A DNA stretch of 61,964 bases, filler included. It is 13 parts of 13 records of this genome, joined end to end, with 100 filler letters (N's around TTAATTAATTAA, not from the genome) between each part and the next. Parts side by side here need not be neighbours in the genome. Positions count along the whole stretch, not along the records: positions 33,030 to 39,429 come from SRR7504441_10241; positions 39,530 to 45,766 come from SRR7504441_10244; positions 45,867 to 49,091 come from SRR7504441_10253; 10 more parts are not named here. One strand, given 5' to 3'. Positions 36,047-46,701 of this stretch are shown in pieces. Position 1 is the first letter of the stretch. Every line of letters begins with the position of its first letter. The notes below the pieces were generated by a model. It was given only the letters and a program-made list of their open reading frames with translations. It had not been told where the DNA came from and made no database searches. The translations under genes and the position numbers were made by a program.

Positions 36047-36149
36047 TCGTACTCAGGATAATGATAAGTACGTGTAAGTAATCACGATACAATCAATGAA
36101 CACCGAGTCGGTGCAGAATGTTCCAGTGCTAGCAGTGTACCCAAAGGAA

Positions 36150-39100
36150 TTATGCACTAGATATCGCTTTCGAAAAGCCCACCGAAAACCCGCTACCCAA
36201 TATGGCGTTCTCCAAATGGATGTCAAACGTGTAGCCATTATCCTCCTCTTCGTTCACAACGAGAAGCATCGGCTTGGCGCCTGTGAGCGTTTGACCTACA
36301 CCATCCAATCAGCAAAGCTGGCCAACAAGGAGCACAAGCCTGCAAAATAGTAGGTGTTGTCTCCCTGGTGAACTGGGGCAAGGTTGGCGAATTCAGTCAC
36401 CATGTCCACCACTGAGATCTGCTTGTTGGCACGAGCTTGGCCAGAGGTCTTCTGCATGCCTTGCAGCTTGGCCTGAAGCTCCTTGAACGTGTCCAAGTCC
36501 ACACTGTATGGATTGAACAGCTCGCCAACCTGCGGCTGCAGCACCGCCGCGTGCTGTCCGTTGCAGTCACTAATCTCGAAGCGGGCTGCCTGAGCTTTCT
36601 GATTGAAGTCTACATTGATTGTGGCCTGAGTTTCACAGCCTGCGCCGAGTGACGTGATCGGAGCAAACGGTACCATCGACAACCCGCCACCTTCGACAGG
36701 TTTGCTCACCTGCGCAGGGCACTCAGATCAGGACCGAGCGGAATTAGAGCTCACCTTGATGGACTGTATCGTCATATTGGAGTGATTCTTGAAGAACAGC
36801 TGTATCACATTCACTTTGGCATCTCCTGTTAGGCCCCTGACAAACTGGTATTCCACCCCAAGCCCACGGGTTGCCACGTGGTTGAGCAGGACCAGCCGAG
36901 GCAAATTAGATGTGGTGCTCACGTTGGCCGCCAGGTTAGGTGCCATAAGCCCTGCTGAGCTCGAGCCCTCAGCCCCACTGCTAAAGATATCCTCGAGGCC
37001 AATCGCCTCAGAGCCGGCAGCAGCAGAAGGCTGGGCACCCATGTCGCCCAGCAAGTCCATCTCGTCGTCGGAATCCGAGTCCTGAGCTGGCTTAGTTGGC
37101 ACAGCCGATGACATTCCTCCCAGCAAGTCATCCGTGCCGTCCTTGCTGACATTGACTGGTGGTTTGGAGGCAGCTAGCTTGGCGACAGGCTCGTCAGAGC
37201 TGTCGTCGGAGCTGCTACTATCCTTCTCTTCGTCGTCGTCACTGTCTGCATCGCTGTCCTCCGACTCGCTCTCTTCATCCTCGTCGCTGTCCTCCTCGTC
37301 GCTCTCCTCGTCGCTGTCCTTGTCGCTGTCCTCCTCATCACTGGTTACTGAATCGTAAAACCCTTGCTGATTCACAAACCCTGACGCATCGCTCTCCTCA
37401 TCGCTCTCCTCGTCGCTCTCCTCGTCATCCTCTTCGTCATCCTCCTCGTCACTCTCGTCCTCGTCATCATAGAATCTGTCGAGATCGTCCATATCCTTTT
37501 TGCCCTTCTTCCCAGCTTTTTCTTTTTTGTTCTTCTTTGGCTTCTTTGAGCTCTTCCCATATGAATTTATCGGGGCATCGCGAACTGAAGGGTCCGGTCG
37601 CTCAGTCGGAAAGTCGGCTAGAGGCAAGTATCCTAGTGCTGTGTGGTTGACCAACTGTGACAGGGACCCAGTGCAGTACCTCTGGCGGTCCTTCATTGAA
37701 CTCGCCACCAGAGGTGGCGGTTTGGCTGTCCGAAGCAGCGCCACCGCTACGTCCTGGACGCCGTCCTCCTCACCAGGCAGCACAGCAGCCTTGAGCAGCC
37801 TGGCGCGGTCTCGCAGGTCGTAACTCATGTCGTATTTGCACAGGTCAAACAAGTATCGCACGTATGGCTCGGACTGCTCCGGGTTGTTCAGGTAGACTTT
37901 GCATCCCAGGTTGAGCGCCTGCATCTTAACTTCGAGCTCCTCGTTCGCAAAGTCCTTGAGCAGAATACGGAGCGCATCTGGTCCGAATTTGGGCACCTGA
38001 TCAATGAACTCTCCAAGCACCCATGCGATGCTCGCCCTTGCCCTAGGTACAGTGATGTTGGACAAATGCCGCGTCATCGCAGTGACGCCATCGGGCACAA
38101 ACTTGGAGTGGTGCTGGAGCAGATGGCGAATAGCCACGATGCTCTCAGCTACCACTGCATCCGATTTGCTCTTGATAAGGCTCATCAAGTACCTGACAGC
38201 GCCAATTATCTATGCCCAGCCTGGCGGCCGCGCGCCTGAGGCAGCTATCTGCCACGCTCTCCATGTCTGCCGCACACCGCCCGAGCGACTGAATCACCAG
38301 CCCCACAAATTTCTTGTCTGGGTGCCTTACATATGTCTGGAACTCTTTGAGCACAGCAGTGATGTTCTCCTGCCACCACCGCAGCTCAGCGCCAGCTACC
38401 ACAGCCACCAGCCACCTTGTCCACAATATGCACAAGGACCTCCAGCTTAAGCTCGCGCTGCATTTGGCCGTCGTCGCCTTTCACGAAGAAATCGTACAAG
38501 TAGGGTCGGAACAGCTCTGGTCGGATACAGGTCCAAGTGGCAATGTTGCTCAGCACAGCGTACTGCACCTCCCTGCCAGCCCAACCTAACCCACGCCGAC
38601 AGCTCGCAGGCGCACCTATGCCCGCGCAGCTGGCGTGTCAACGGTCGAGCCACCTTAGCGGCCTCTTCCTCCTCAGCCAAATGCCAATATAGCGCTGCGA
38701 CTGCCATCACAACGCCGCTGCAGAGCACAGCTGAGCCAGCAGGCAGGTGGCGCGGCCGACCTGTTGCGGCTTTGGAGCAGCGGCTGGGCACATTTGAGCA
38801 GCAGCCTGTGGTCCTCGTCCATCTGATACTCAGTCCCGTATTCATCGTCGTCGTTCGAACCCTCGTCGCTCGAGTAGAAAGATTTCTCCTTCTTGGGCTT
38901 CTTCTTCTTCCCTGGCTTCTCAGGCTTCTTGGGCTTGCACGGGTTGAGGAATTGGGTCCGCGCGTACCGCAGCAGCAGATTGAGTAGTGTGATTTGGCCC
39001 CACTCATCCATGTCGACTAACATATGGCACAGCTTGCGGTAGAACGGGTGCAGCATCTCCAGATTGGCCGGGCAGACCTCGGCGAACGTGGCCACCGCCC

Positions 39101-39429
39101 CGCTCAGCACCAGCACCATTCTGTCGTTCAGCAGCTGCTGCAACGTCTCCAGCAGCGCTGGCAACTGCTCCTGCCAGCCCAACCCGTCACCACCTGCACT
39201 GTCCCCCCCCCGCACCGCATCCATCCTGTACAGTTTGGGTATGGCGTACGCGGCTGTTTTGCGCACGTATGGCGACGGGTCGCTGGCCGCCTTTTTTATG
39301 GCCAAGAGCACCAGCTGATTGATCACCTGTCGCCACGCCTGAGTCTCTGCTGTCGACAGGGCTCCAGAGCCCGCAGCCGGCAACTAGCGGGGGTGGGCGC
39401 ACCGGCACGCGGATGCCAGACATGACCCG
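36150..39429 (-). CDS. AP3B: AP-3 complex subunit beta (5' truncated)
   Basis: IRVPVINQ...DPSPYVRKTAAYAIPKLY, LHPFYRKLCHMLVDMDEWGQ, MDEDHRLLL, YDMSYDLRDRAR, GSLSQLVNHTALGYLPL; acidic hinge; ear domain; many short introns. Confidence 0.95.
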
Positions 39430-39572
39430 NNNNNNNNNNNNNNNNNNNNNNNNNNNNNNNNNNNNNNNNNNNNTTAATTAATTAANNNNNNNNNNNNNNN
39501 NNNNNNNNNNNNNNNNNNNNNNNNNNNNNTAGGTCTCTTACACACTTGTACACACTCTAAGCTTATGCGCAC

Positions 39573-41084
39573 TCACAATTTGGCTTTGGCAAATGGGGGC
39601 GGCACTGGGCTGCTTCTGAGCGCCATTGAGACCCATTTTTGCTCGGTGAAATGCTCCATCGAGTAATGCCCGCCACTCTTACCTAGCCCGGACATCCGGA
39701 CTCCTCCTATCGGTGCGAGCGCATCGCTCTGGAACGAGTGCATCCCTACGTGCACCGAGCCGGCTTTAACTTCACGGACTGCCCTCATTGCCTTGACTAA
39801 GTCATTGGTCAGTACCCCCGCGCTCAGCCCATACTCAGTATCGTTGGCCACCCGGATCGCTTCTTCGAAGCTCTCCACCACCGTAACGCACGCCAGAGGC
39901 CCAAAACTTTCCTCAGTCCACGCCTCACACTCGCGCTGCCCCTCACCGAGCAGTATGAGCGTGGGCTGGTACACCAGTCCCTTGTGCACAGCCCCGCCGC
40001 ACAGCAGCCGGCCACCCGCCGCAAGCCCGCTCTTAGTGTGCCGGTGCACCTTGTCGAGCGCAGCGGCATTAATCAGCGGTCCGTACGCCGTGCTCGGCTC
40101 CCTGCAGCTGCCAAGTTTGAGCTGTTTCGTCTGCCGGATCAGCTCCGGAATGAACTTGTCGGCCGCCGCCCGCTCGACGATGATTCGGCTGGAGGCCATG
40201 CAGATCTGGCCCGCGTGGAAAAACGCGCCCAGCACCGCTTGCTCGGCTGCATTGGCCGTTTCGTTCTCAGTCCTCGCTGCGTCCGCGCACACAATCAGCG
40301 GGTTCTTGCCGCCCAGTTCGAGCTGGATCCGCTTCATGGTGCGCACCGCGGCCGAGCCGAGCGCGGCCCCGGTGGCGGTGCTGCCTGTGAAGGCCAGGCA
40401 GGCCACCTCTGGGTGCTCGCAGAGGGGCTGTCCGACCTCCTTTCCATACCCAGTGACCACATTGAACACGCCGGCTGGGAGCCCGGCCTCGTGCAGCAGC
40501 TTGGCGAACTGCACCGCCACCACCGGGGTCTCCTCCGACGGCTTGGCGACCACCGTGTTCCCGGCGGCCACTGCCAGGATGGCCATCTTTGCCAGCAGCA
40601 CCAGCGGCGCGTTGTACGGGGCAACCACCGCCACCACTCCGACCGGCTCTCGGATCACCATTGACATCCGGTTGGGCTTGTCGTTCGGGAAGGTCTCGCC
40701 ATACAGCCTGCGCGCCTCGCCGGCGTACGTCCGCAGCAGTTGGGCGGTGTACCGCGCCTCGAATCCGGCCTTTCCAGCTGTTGAACCGCTCTCTTCAATC
40801 AGCGCTTCGATGATCAGACCGTGCGGGTGCGAGGCTGGCGCGTCGCACGCCGCGTCGAGCAGCTCCGCGGCGGCCAGCAGCGGCTTCTCCCTCTCGCTCG
40901 GGGGCAGCCCCTTCCAGCCGTCCAACGCAGCCGCGGCCGCCTGCACTCCCGCGGCTGCCGTCTCCGCAGTGCCTCGCGCGGCAGTGGCGAACACGGCGCC
41001 GGTCTCCGGCGCCACGACGTCAAAGCTGCGGCCATCAAGCCGCTCGCGGCCATCGATGAAGTGTCCACACGCGATCGTCGGCAT
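39573..41084 (-). CDS. Aldehyde dehydrogenase, aromatic-aldehyde type, intronless, C-terminal PTS1 (AKL)
   Basis: KPSEETP, FTGST, LELGGKNP, FFHAGQICM (catalytic Cys), EESFGP, NDTEYGLSA; ends FAKAKL*. Confidence 0.93.
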   Translation of the reverse strand: MPTIACGHFIDGRERLDGRSFDVVAPETGAVFATAARGTAETAAAGVQAAAAALDGWKGLPPSEREKPLLAAAELLDAACDAPASHPHGLIIEALIEESGSTAGKAGFEARYTAQLLRTYAGEARRLYGETFPNDKPNRMSMVIREPVGVVAVVAPYNAPLVLLAKMAILAVAAGNTVVAKPSEETPVVAVQFAKLLHEAGLPAGVFNVVTGYGKEVGQPLCEHPEVACLAFTGSTATGAALGSAAVRTMKRIQLELGGKNPLIVCADAARTENETANAAEQAVLGAFFHAGQICMASSRIIVERAAADKFIPELIRQTKQLKLGSCREPSTAYGPLINAAALDKVHRHTKSGLAAGGRLLCGGAVHKGLVYQPTLILLGEGQRECEAWTEESFGPLACVTVVESFEEAIRVANDTEYGLSAGVLTNDLVKAMRAVREVKAGSVHVGMHSFQSDALAPIGGVRMSGLGKSGGHYSMEHFTEQKWVSMALRSSPVPPPFAKAKL

Positions 41085-41149
41085 GTCTCAAGTGCCGTTG
41101 CTGCGGGCCGGCTGCCGGAGCATTCGACCGGCGGCGGCAAACCGCGGGG

Positions 41150-43744
41150 ATGGCCTCGAGGGGGCGGGGGAAGGAGTCGCCGGACAAGGGAGCGCCGACG
41201 CTGGAGCAGGTGGTAGAATTCCTCAAGCAGAAGGGCTACCCGAGCGCGGCGCTGGTCGCTGGCAAAGAGCGGACCGTCACGCTCGAGCAGAAGGCACCGG
41301 CCACTCGAGCCGGGCGAGCCGGGGGCGCAGGTGGTGCAGGACGCGGCTATACATAACGCCAGCCAGAGGGGATCGATCCTGTATCACGAGGAGCCCAAGC
41401 CGCAGATTTACCTGGAGCAGTACCGGCTGCTGCGCGGCTATGTCTCCAACTCGCTGGACAAGTACAAAGTGGCCCAGCGGCCGGGCCGGCGGGCTGACCC
41501 CGGGTTAGGCCGAGCTGGAAAACCTCATGTTCCCCGTGTTCGTCCATTGCTTCCTAGAAATGATCCAGAAGGGCCATCCGGAGGTGCGCCCCCCTCGGCC
41601 CGGCCGACGGTCGGACCCAGGCCGCGGCCGATTTCTTCAAAGAGTTCGAGCACGACCACGTGCTGATGTACAAGACCGAGATCCAGGCGCTGCAGGTCAG
41701 TCGGACCGCGCGGGTGCAGCTGAGGAGCTGGGGCAGGGGCTGCGGACGCCTGAGCATGTGGAGGCGAGCAGCCAGGCAAAGATATATCAGGATCACAAGT
41801 TCGGACTGCGGATGGTCGAGCAGACCTTCCACACCTTCCGGAATTTCCTGCACACCAACAAACTCGTGCTGCTGCTCTCTATCCTGAATGAGGTGCCGCC
41901 GCCGCTGTTCTTGTGAGGTTACACCGTTTCAATCGCAGAGGATCAACATTGAGGTGTTCGCGGGGGACCCGGAGGCGGCCGGGGTGCAGGATACCATGGT
42001 GGTCGGGCTCACAGGGTGCGCGGCCGAGGGGCGGCCGGATGATTGTGGCTGCGGCAGACACTCTGAGGGCTCGGCCCACTCTCACCAACAGCTGAACAGC
42101 AAGTGCGCGCCGCCAATGCAGGCGGGCGCTGAGCCTGGGCAGCAAAATCCTGTGGGGCGCGCTCGAGACGCCCGCAGTGGCCACCCACCGGCATGAGCTG
42201 GAGGAAGCTTCACAGCCTGCGGTCCGCCCCCCGCCAGCACCCGCGTGAGAGCCCATGCCAGGACGGGATGCCCCCGCCGGCAAAGAAGAGCAAACCGGAC
42301 CAGCCGCCCAGTCTGACCATAGAAATGTCCGAGAGCCAGGTCAGCTCGAACTCACAGCCCGCGTGAGCCGGCTGGCAGGTACCGCTACCGGAGCTCTCGG
42401 ACGACGCCTGGGAACAAGAGTTGATCGAGCTGCGCAAGTCGGTGCGAGTCTCGTTGGCTGCTCTGCCGTCGGTCTGCTGCTACACGCTGTTCAACGCCAA
42501 CAATACCATGAGCAGCATAGACATCTCTCGGTGCGGCCACTCGGTGCTGTCAGGCCGAGCCCCGTGCAGCGACGCTTCAAAGGTGGTGATGGGCACCAGC
42601 GAATCTGTGGTCTACATGTGGGACCTCCAGCAGCTCGCCGCGCAGACTAAGGCGGCTTGCCTGCTAGTGCCCTGTGAGCCTGCGTTGCAGAGCCCTGCTG
42701 ACCCTGCTTCACGGGCCAAGCAAGAGGCGTGGGGTCCGCACGTGTTTGTGGGGCACGCAGGCAGCCAATCATCTGCCTGCTGCTGACCATCGCCGTGCGC
42801 AGGCCCGGTGTATGGCACGTGCTTTAGCCCGGACTCCAAGTACATGCTGAGCTCTTCCGAGGACAAGTCGGCGCGGCTGTGGAGTCTTGAGACTAACACG
42901 TGCCTCGTATCATACAGAGGCCACAACTACCCGGCAGCCACACTGCGCTCGGCTGGGCTGAGCCTGCCGGCCAGGTGTGGGATGTCGAGTTCGCGCCGCT
43001 CGGGATTTACTTTGCCACCGCGTCGCATGACAGAACCGCCCGGATATGGAGCTGTGATCAGATTCACCCTCTGAGGATCCTGGCCGGCCACTTGTCGGAC
43101 GTCGATTGCCTGGCCTGGCACCCCAATTGTAACTACCTTGCCACGGGATCGAGCGACAAGACGCTAAGGCTGTGGGACATCCAGTCTGGTCAGTGCGTCC
43201 GGCTGTTCACAGGTGCTGCGGGCCTGGCGCTGGGGCTCAAGCTATGGCAGGACACCATGGCTCACTCACTTGCTGCAAGATCTCGCCATGTGGCCGGTAC
43301 CTTGCCTCAGCTGGAGAAGACTCCAACATCATGCTCTGGGACCTCGGCTCCGGCCGGCGTGTGGGAGGCTACCAGGGGCACAGCAGCACGGTGCACGCTC
43401 ATCCCCAGGCCCAAATATGATTGGAGCGAGCAGGTCTGGACTCTGGACTTCTCCAGAGAGAGCAGCGTGTTGGCTTCGGGCGGGGCTGACAACACTGTGC
43501 GGCTATGGGTATGCGCCTGACATGGAACGCGCGACTGAGTGCTGGCTGTGCAGGACGTAGCCAGCAGCGCAAAGCCACTGACTGAGTTCCAAGAGCCGCT
43601 CAAGACCCTGCCGACCAAGAGCACGCCAATCAGCCTGGTCCGATTCAGGTGCGAGCGGCCAGGTCTAGTGCCAGTGGCCTGATCTTGGGGGTCAGCTCGC
43701 GCAATGTGCTGCTGTCAGCCGGAGTTTATGAGCCGGCGGAGTAG
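41150..43744 (+). CDS. TAF5: TFIID subunit TAF5 (LisH-like, NTD2, WD40)
   Basis: LMFPVFVHCFLEMI, LPSVCCYT, YRGHNYPVWDV, PLRILAGHLSDVD, WHPNCNYLATGSSD; about 16 introns. Confidence 0.95.
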
Positions 43745-44002
43745 ACACTGATAGGTGCATGGAGTAGTTCCGTCCATTTATAGCGCAATCTGAGCATGCA
43801 CTCTTGAAAATGAGAGCTCTTCCTCATACGTAATAGTGCTCAAACCATCCATAATAAATGTAAAAAAGATCATGAATCGAACGCCACCAATCATTTTCTT
43901 CATAGCTTCTTAATTGGTACATTTGTACTACATTTGTACGGTATCACTTATAATTAGTCTACGACCGATATCACTGTCCCGGTACACGTACTTATCACAG
44001 CA

Positions 44003-45766
44003 TCACTCTTCCGCTTCTACCAACTCTAATGCCAATTCCTCCCACAGCGTAGCCGTTGAAGGCAAAGATTGTTGCAAATTGGACAAATACGCAGTTAGCT
44101 TGTTGGCGCTATCTGGGGAACAGTGCGAAGGTGTTTGTTCTGGGAAGAGTGGGGAGGTATCTGCCGCACTGGTCGGGAACGCAACATCAACTTTGAGAAC
44201 CAGTCGATTTACGACTCGCCCCTCGTGACATAGCTTCTCGGGAGCTTTGTGAACTAAGCCACATCGACTCTCGGGCGCTGAGGTGAGACCCTTCATGAAC
44301 AAAATGTCACCCAGTCCGGCCGAGTGCACGCCGCTCTGATCTTTGATGACACACTTGTCGGCTCCGCAGCTCTCCAACTCAGCAAAGTCCACCACTGAGT
44401 CGTCAGCCCACATTGTGCCGGCGCCAGTGTAGCTCACGATGAAACGGCCGACCATATTGTCTTGATGCCATCGACAGCACACATTCTCGCCTAGTAGTTC
44501 CAGCCGGACTGTGATCTTGTCAGAGCGGGGGAACATGCCGCTGGCCGTGGTCCCGATTGCCAGGATGTCGGACTCAATCTGCTCCAGGAGAGTCGTCGGC
44601 AGGCGAACGGCTGAGAGGATTTCATCTGCAGCAGCCTTCAGACGGTCAGTAAACCCGTCGCCTCCACTCATTTGGATGTCAGCATGCATTGCACGCTGGC
44701 CGTAAGCATAGCCCATTATGGATCTGTCTATATTGGACTGGTACTCGCCCCAGTGAGATTGCGATGGCCGAGCAAGTAGAAGACCGTTGTAGCCCAGAGC
44801 CTCGGGCTTCAACCAGTCATTTAGTTGACTGAACACTGCAACTGCTGGTTTGGTCGAGTTCTCCTGTCGAGACATCAGGGCACGATCCCTAGCGCCCGTG
44901 CCAGCTACATGCGCATCATCATTGTCGCTATCACTCTCACTAGAACTGTGCGGAAGCACAAAGCTCGCCGTGTTCTTCTTTTTCTTCTTGGTCGGTGCTG
45001 GCAACGGCCTGACGAAGGCAGCTTTATCGTGAGGAACATAGAGGAGGTCCCCGGAATCCAGCTCCACCTGATACGGCGCATAGCGACCAGTCGCCCACGT
45101 ATCATCGCGGTACCAGAGCTTCACAACCTCTCCGCTTCTCCATTCGCCACAGTTACACTGGACTCTGTCGCCTACCTTGTAGGTCAATTTGTCAGTTGGC
45201 ACTGGGCCTGGCTCCGGCTCGCCATCGGCAAGTAGGAGCCATTCGTGTAGGAGCTGGTCCTTCACCCAGGGCGGTTGGGCTCCGCGAAAGATTTCGGTGT
45301 ACGCGGCCATCTCATCGTCGGTCACGAGACACATTTCTAGTGCTGTTGTCATGGCGCTATGATCCATGTCCTGCCCAATGACGACAAGTTCGGTGCGTCG
45401 ATCGCCCCAAGGCGGTTCCCAATGTAACTGCTGCTGCTCTGACGATGGCGCTAGCTCAGAATATTCAGACGCAGACCAAGGCTGGCCGTAGGCCACAGAG
45501 AAACTACGTCCGGCGAGCGACGCCATGCCTTGAAGCCAGTGGCCCTGCTGGTCGATATGGTTGGCGGTCCAGACCAGTCCTTTGGCTCGCACGACCTGCA
45601 GCGCAGCTCGGCGACCAGCATCAGACAGCCAGGACGGAGGTGGCGGCAATGGGGCGTTGTCCTCCACTTGGGTTTGCTGGGCGATCAGCTCTGTGCGCAT
45701 CTCCATGATCTCCGTCAGCTTACCAAACCGTGTTGGGTTGAAAGGCCGCCGGCTGCGGAAGGTGAT
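44003..45766 (-). CDS. CobW/COG0523 metallochaperone C-terminal domain + SH3/KOW-like domain + DUF1826 fusion (5' truncated), intronless in the visible part
   Basis: FRSRRPFNPTRF, VVRAKGLVW, WGDRRTELVVIG (CobW_C); YKVGDRVQC...APYQVELDSG; CCRWHQDN...SYTGAGTMW...GDILFMKG...GLVHKAP...RLVLKVD (DUF1826). Confidence 0.85.
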   Translation of the reverse strand: MTFRSRRPFNPTRFGKLTEIMEMRTELIAQQTQVEDNAPLPPPPSWLSDAGRRAALQVVRAKGLVWTANHIDQQGHWLQGMASLAGRSFSVAYGQPWSASEYSELAPSSEQQQLHWEPPWGDRRTELVVIGQDMDHSAMTTALEMCLVTDDEMAAYTEIFRGAQPPWVKDQLLHEWLLLADGEPEPGPVPTDKLTYKVGDRVQCNCGEWRSGEVVKLWYRDDTWATGRYAPYQVELDSGDLLYVPHDKAAFVRPLPAPTKKKKKNTASFVLPHSSSESDSDNDDAHVAGTGARDRALMSRQENSTKPAVAVFSQLNDWLKPEALGYNGLLLARPSQSHWGEYQSNIDRSIMGYAYGQRAMHADIQMSGGDGFTDRLKAAADEILSAVRLPTTLLEQIESDILAIGTTASGMFPRSDKITVRLELLGENVCCRWHQDNMVGRFIVSYTGAGTMWADDSVVDFAELESCGADKCVIKDQSGVHSAGLGDILFMKGLTSAPESRCGLVHKAPEKLCHEGRVVNRLVLKVDVAFPTSAADTSPLFPEQTPSHCSPDSANKLTAYLSNLQQSLPSTATLWEELALELVEAEE

Positions 45767-45866
45767 NNNNNNNNNNNNNNNNNNNNNNNNNNNNNNNNNN
45801 NNNNNNNNNNTTAATTAATTAANNNNNNNNNNNNNNNNNNNNNNNNNNNNNNNNNNNNNNNNNNNN

Positions 45867-46544
45867 GTGTACGACCTACACAAAGAGGAGCTGCACCTAT
45901 TGGGCCTGACTCTGGCCATCTTCAACCACGGGTTGCAGACGTGGATCCTCCGTGGCGACCCGGATCTGGGCCGGCAGGTATTCAAGTTTCTCGGGGAGGC
46001 TTGGAGGCAGTTGTTCAAGCTCCCGGAGGCGAAGCTGGCGTCCAAAGGCATCAGTAGTGATCTTAGAGAGTATGCAATGAAAGTGTGCGAAGGCACCCAG
46101 AAATATCTGAAGTCCTACGCTTCGAAGAGCTGGCAGGATAGCTGGGCAAACGTGTATGCTTTCAACTATATCGCTAAGAGCCGGGCAAAGCCTTCCAGCG
46201 ACTTGCCAACACCATCAGCGAAGCGCGCCAAGAAAGGAGACGCTCCCAAGACCGAGGCTAAACCCGAGAAGCTTAAGCTTGCAGGGCAGAACTTTGATGT
46301 TTGGCAAGCAGCTAACAACAACAAGGATGAGGTGGAGGGCAACGTGCCTGCAGATGTGCTAGGCAGGCACTTGTGGTTTCGATTCGAAGATGCCTGGTAC
46401 AGTGGCACTGTGACGAAGCAGATGGCGCGTGGGAAAGACAAGGGCATGTGGGATGTCAAGTGGGACTCTGATCGGTCGACATCAAGGCACTTCTTGCATG
46501 ATGAGGATTATGGGTGCAAGAATCATTGGGTAATTGTACGGTAA
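45867..46544 (+). CDS. 3' part of a hypothetical protein with Tudor-like C-terminus; first 30 nt probably foreign
   Basis: 225-aa frame; LGRHLWFRFEDAWYSGTV...WDVKWDSD. Confidence 0.6.
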   Translation: MYDLHKEELHLLGLTLAIFNHGLQTWILRGDPDLGRQVFKFLGEAWRQLFKLPEAKLASKGISSDLREYAMKVCEGTQKYLKSYASKSWQDSWANVYAFNYIAKSRAKPSSDLPTPSAKRAKKGDAPKTEAKPEKLKLAGQNFDVWQAANNNKDEVEGNVPADVLGRHLWFRFEDAWYSGTVTKQMARGKDKGMWDVKWDSDRSTSRHFLHDEDYGCKNHWVIVR

Positions 46545-46701
46545 AAAAGTTATAAACTTCTAGTAAACTTCAATTGTGGGACCATGTTAACACAATGCAC
46601 TACGTGAAAGCTCGGTGCCACTGTCTTCCGGCCTTGTGAATTAGAATCAGTGCATTGGACATCAGAGTATGCTCGCACGAACATAGTTATTGAAGCTGCA
46701 G

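Noticed and set aside
37200-37470. Acidic trinucleotide-like repeats
   Set aside because: Normal D/E/S-rich hinge of AP-3 beta.
39793-41508. 571-aa plus-strand ORF, and similar long ORFs such as 7615..9003, 47676..48614 and 51722..52711
   Set aside because: Antisense or off-frame shadows of real genes in GC-rich DNA; only part of 7615..9003 is exonic.
41150-43744. Frameshifts and internal stops suggesting pseudogenes, recoding or an alternative genetic code
   Set aside because: Short introns resolve them; TAA, TAG and TGA all end well-supported genes.
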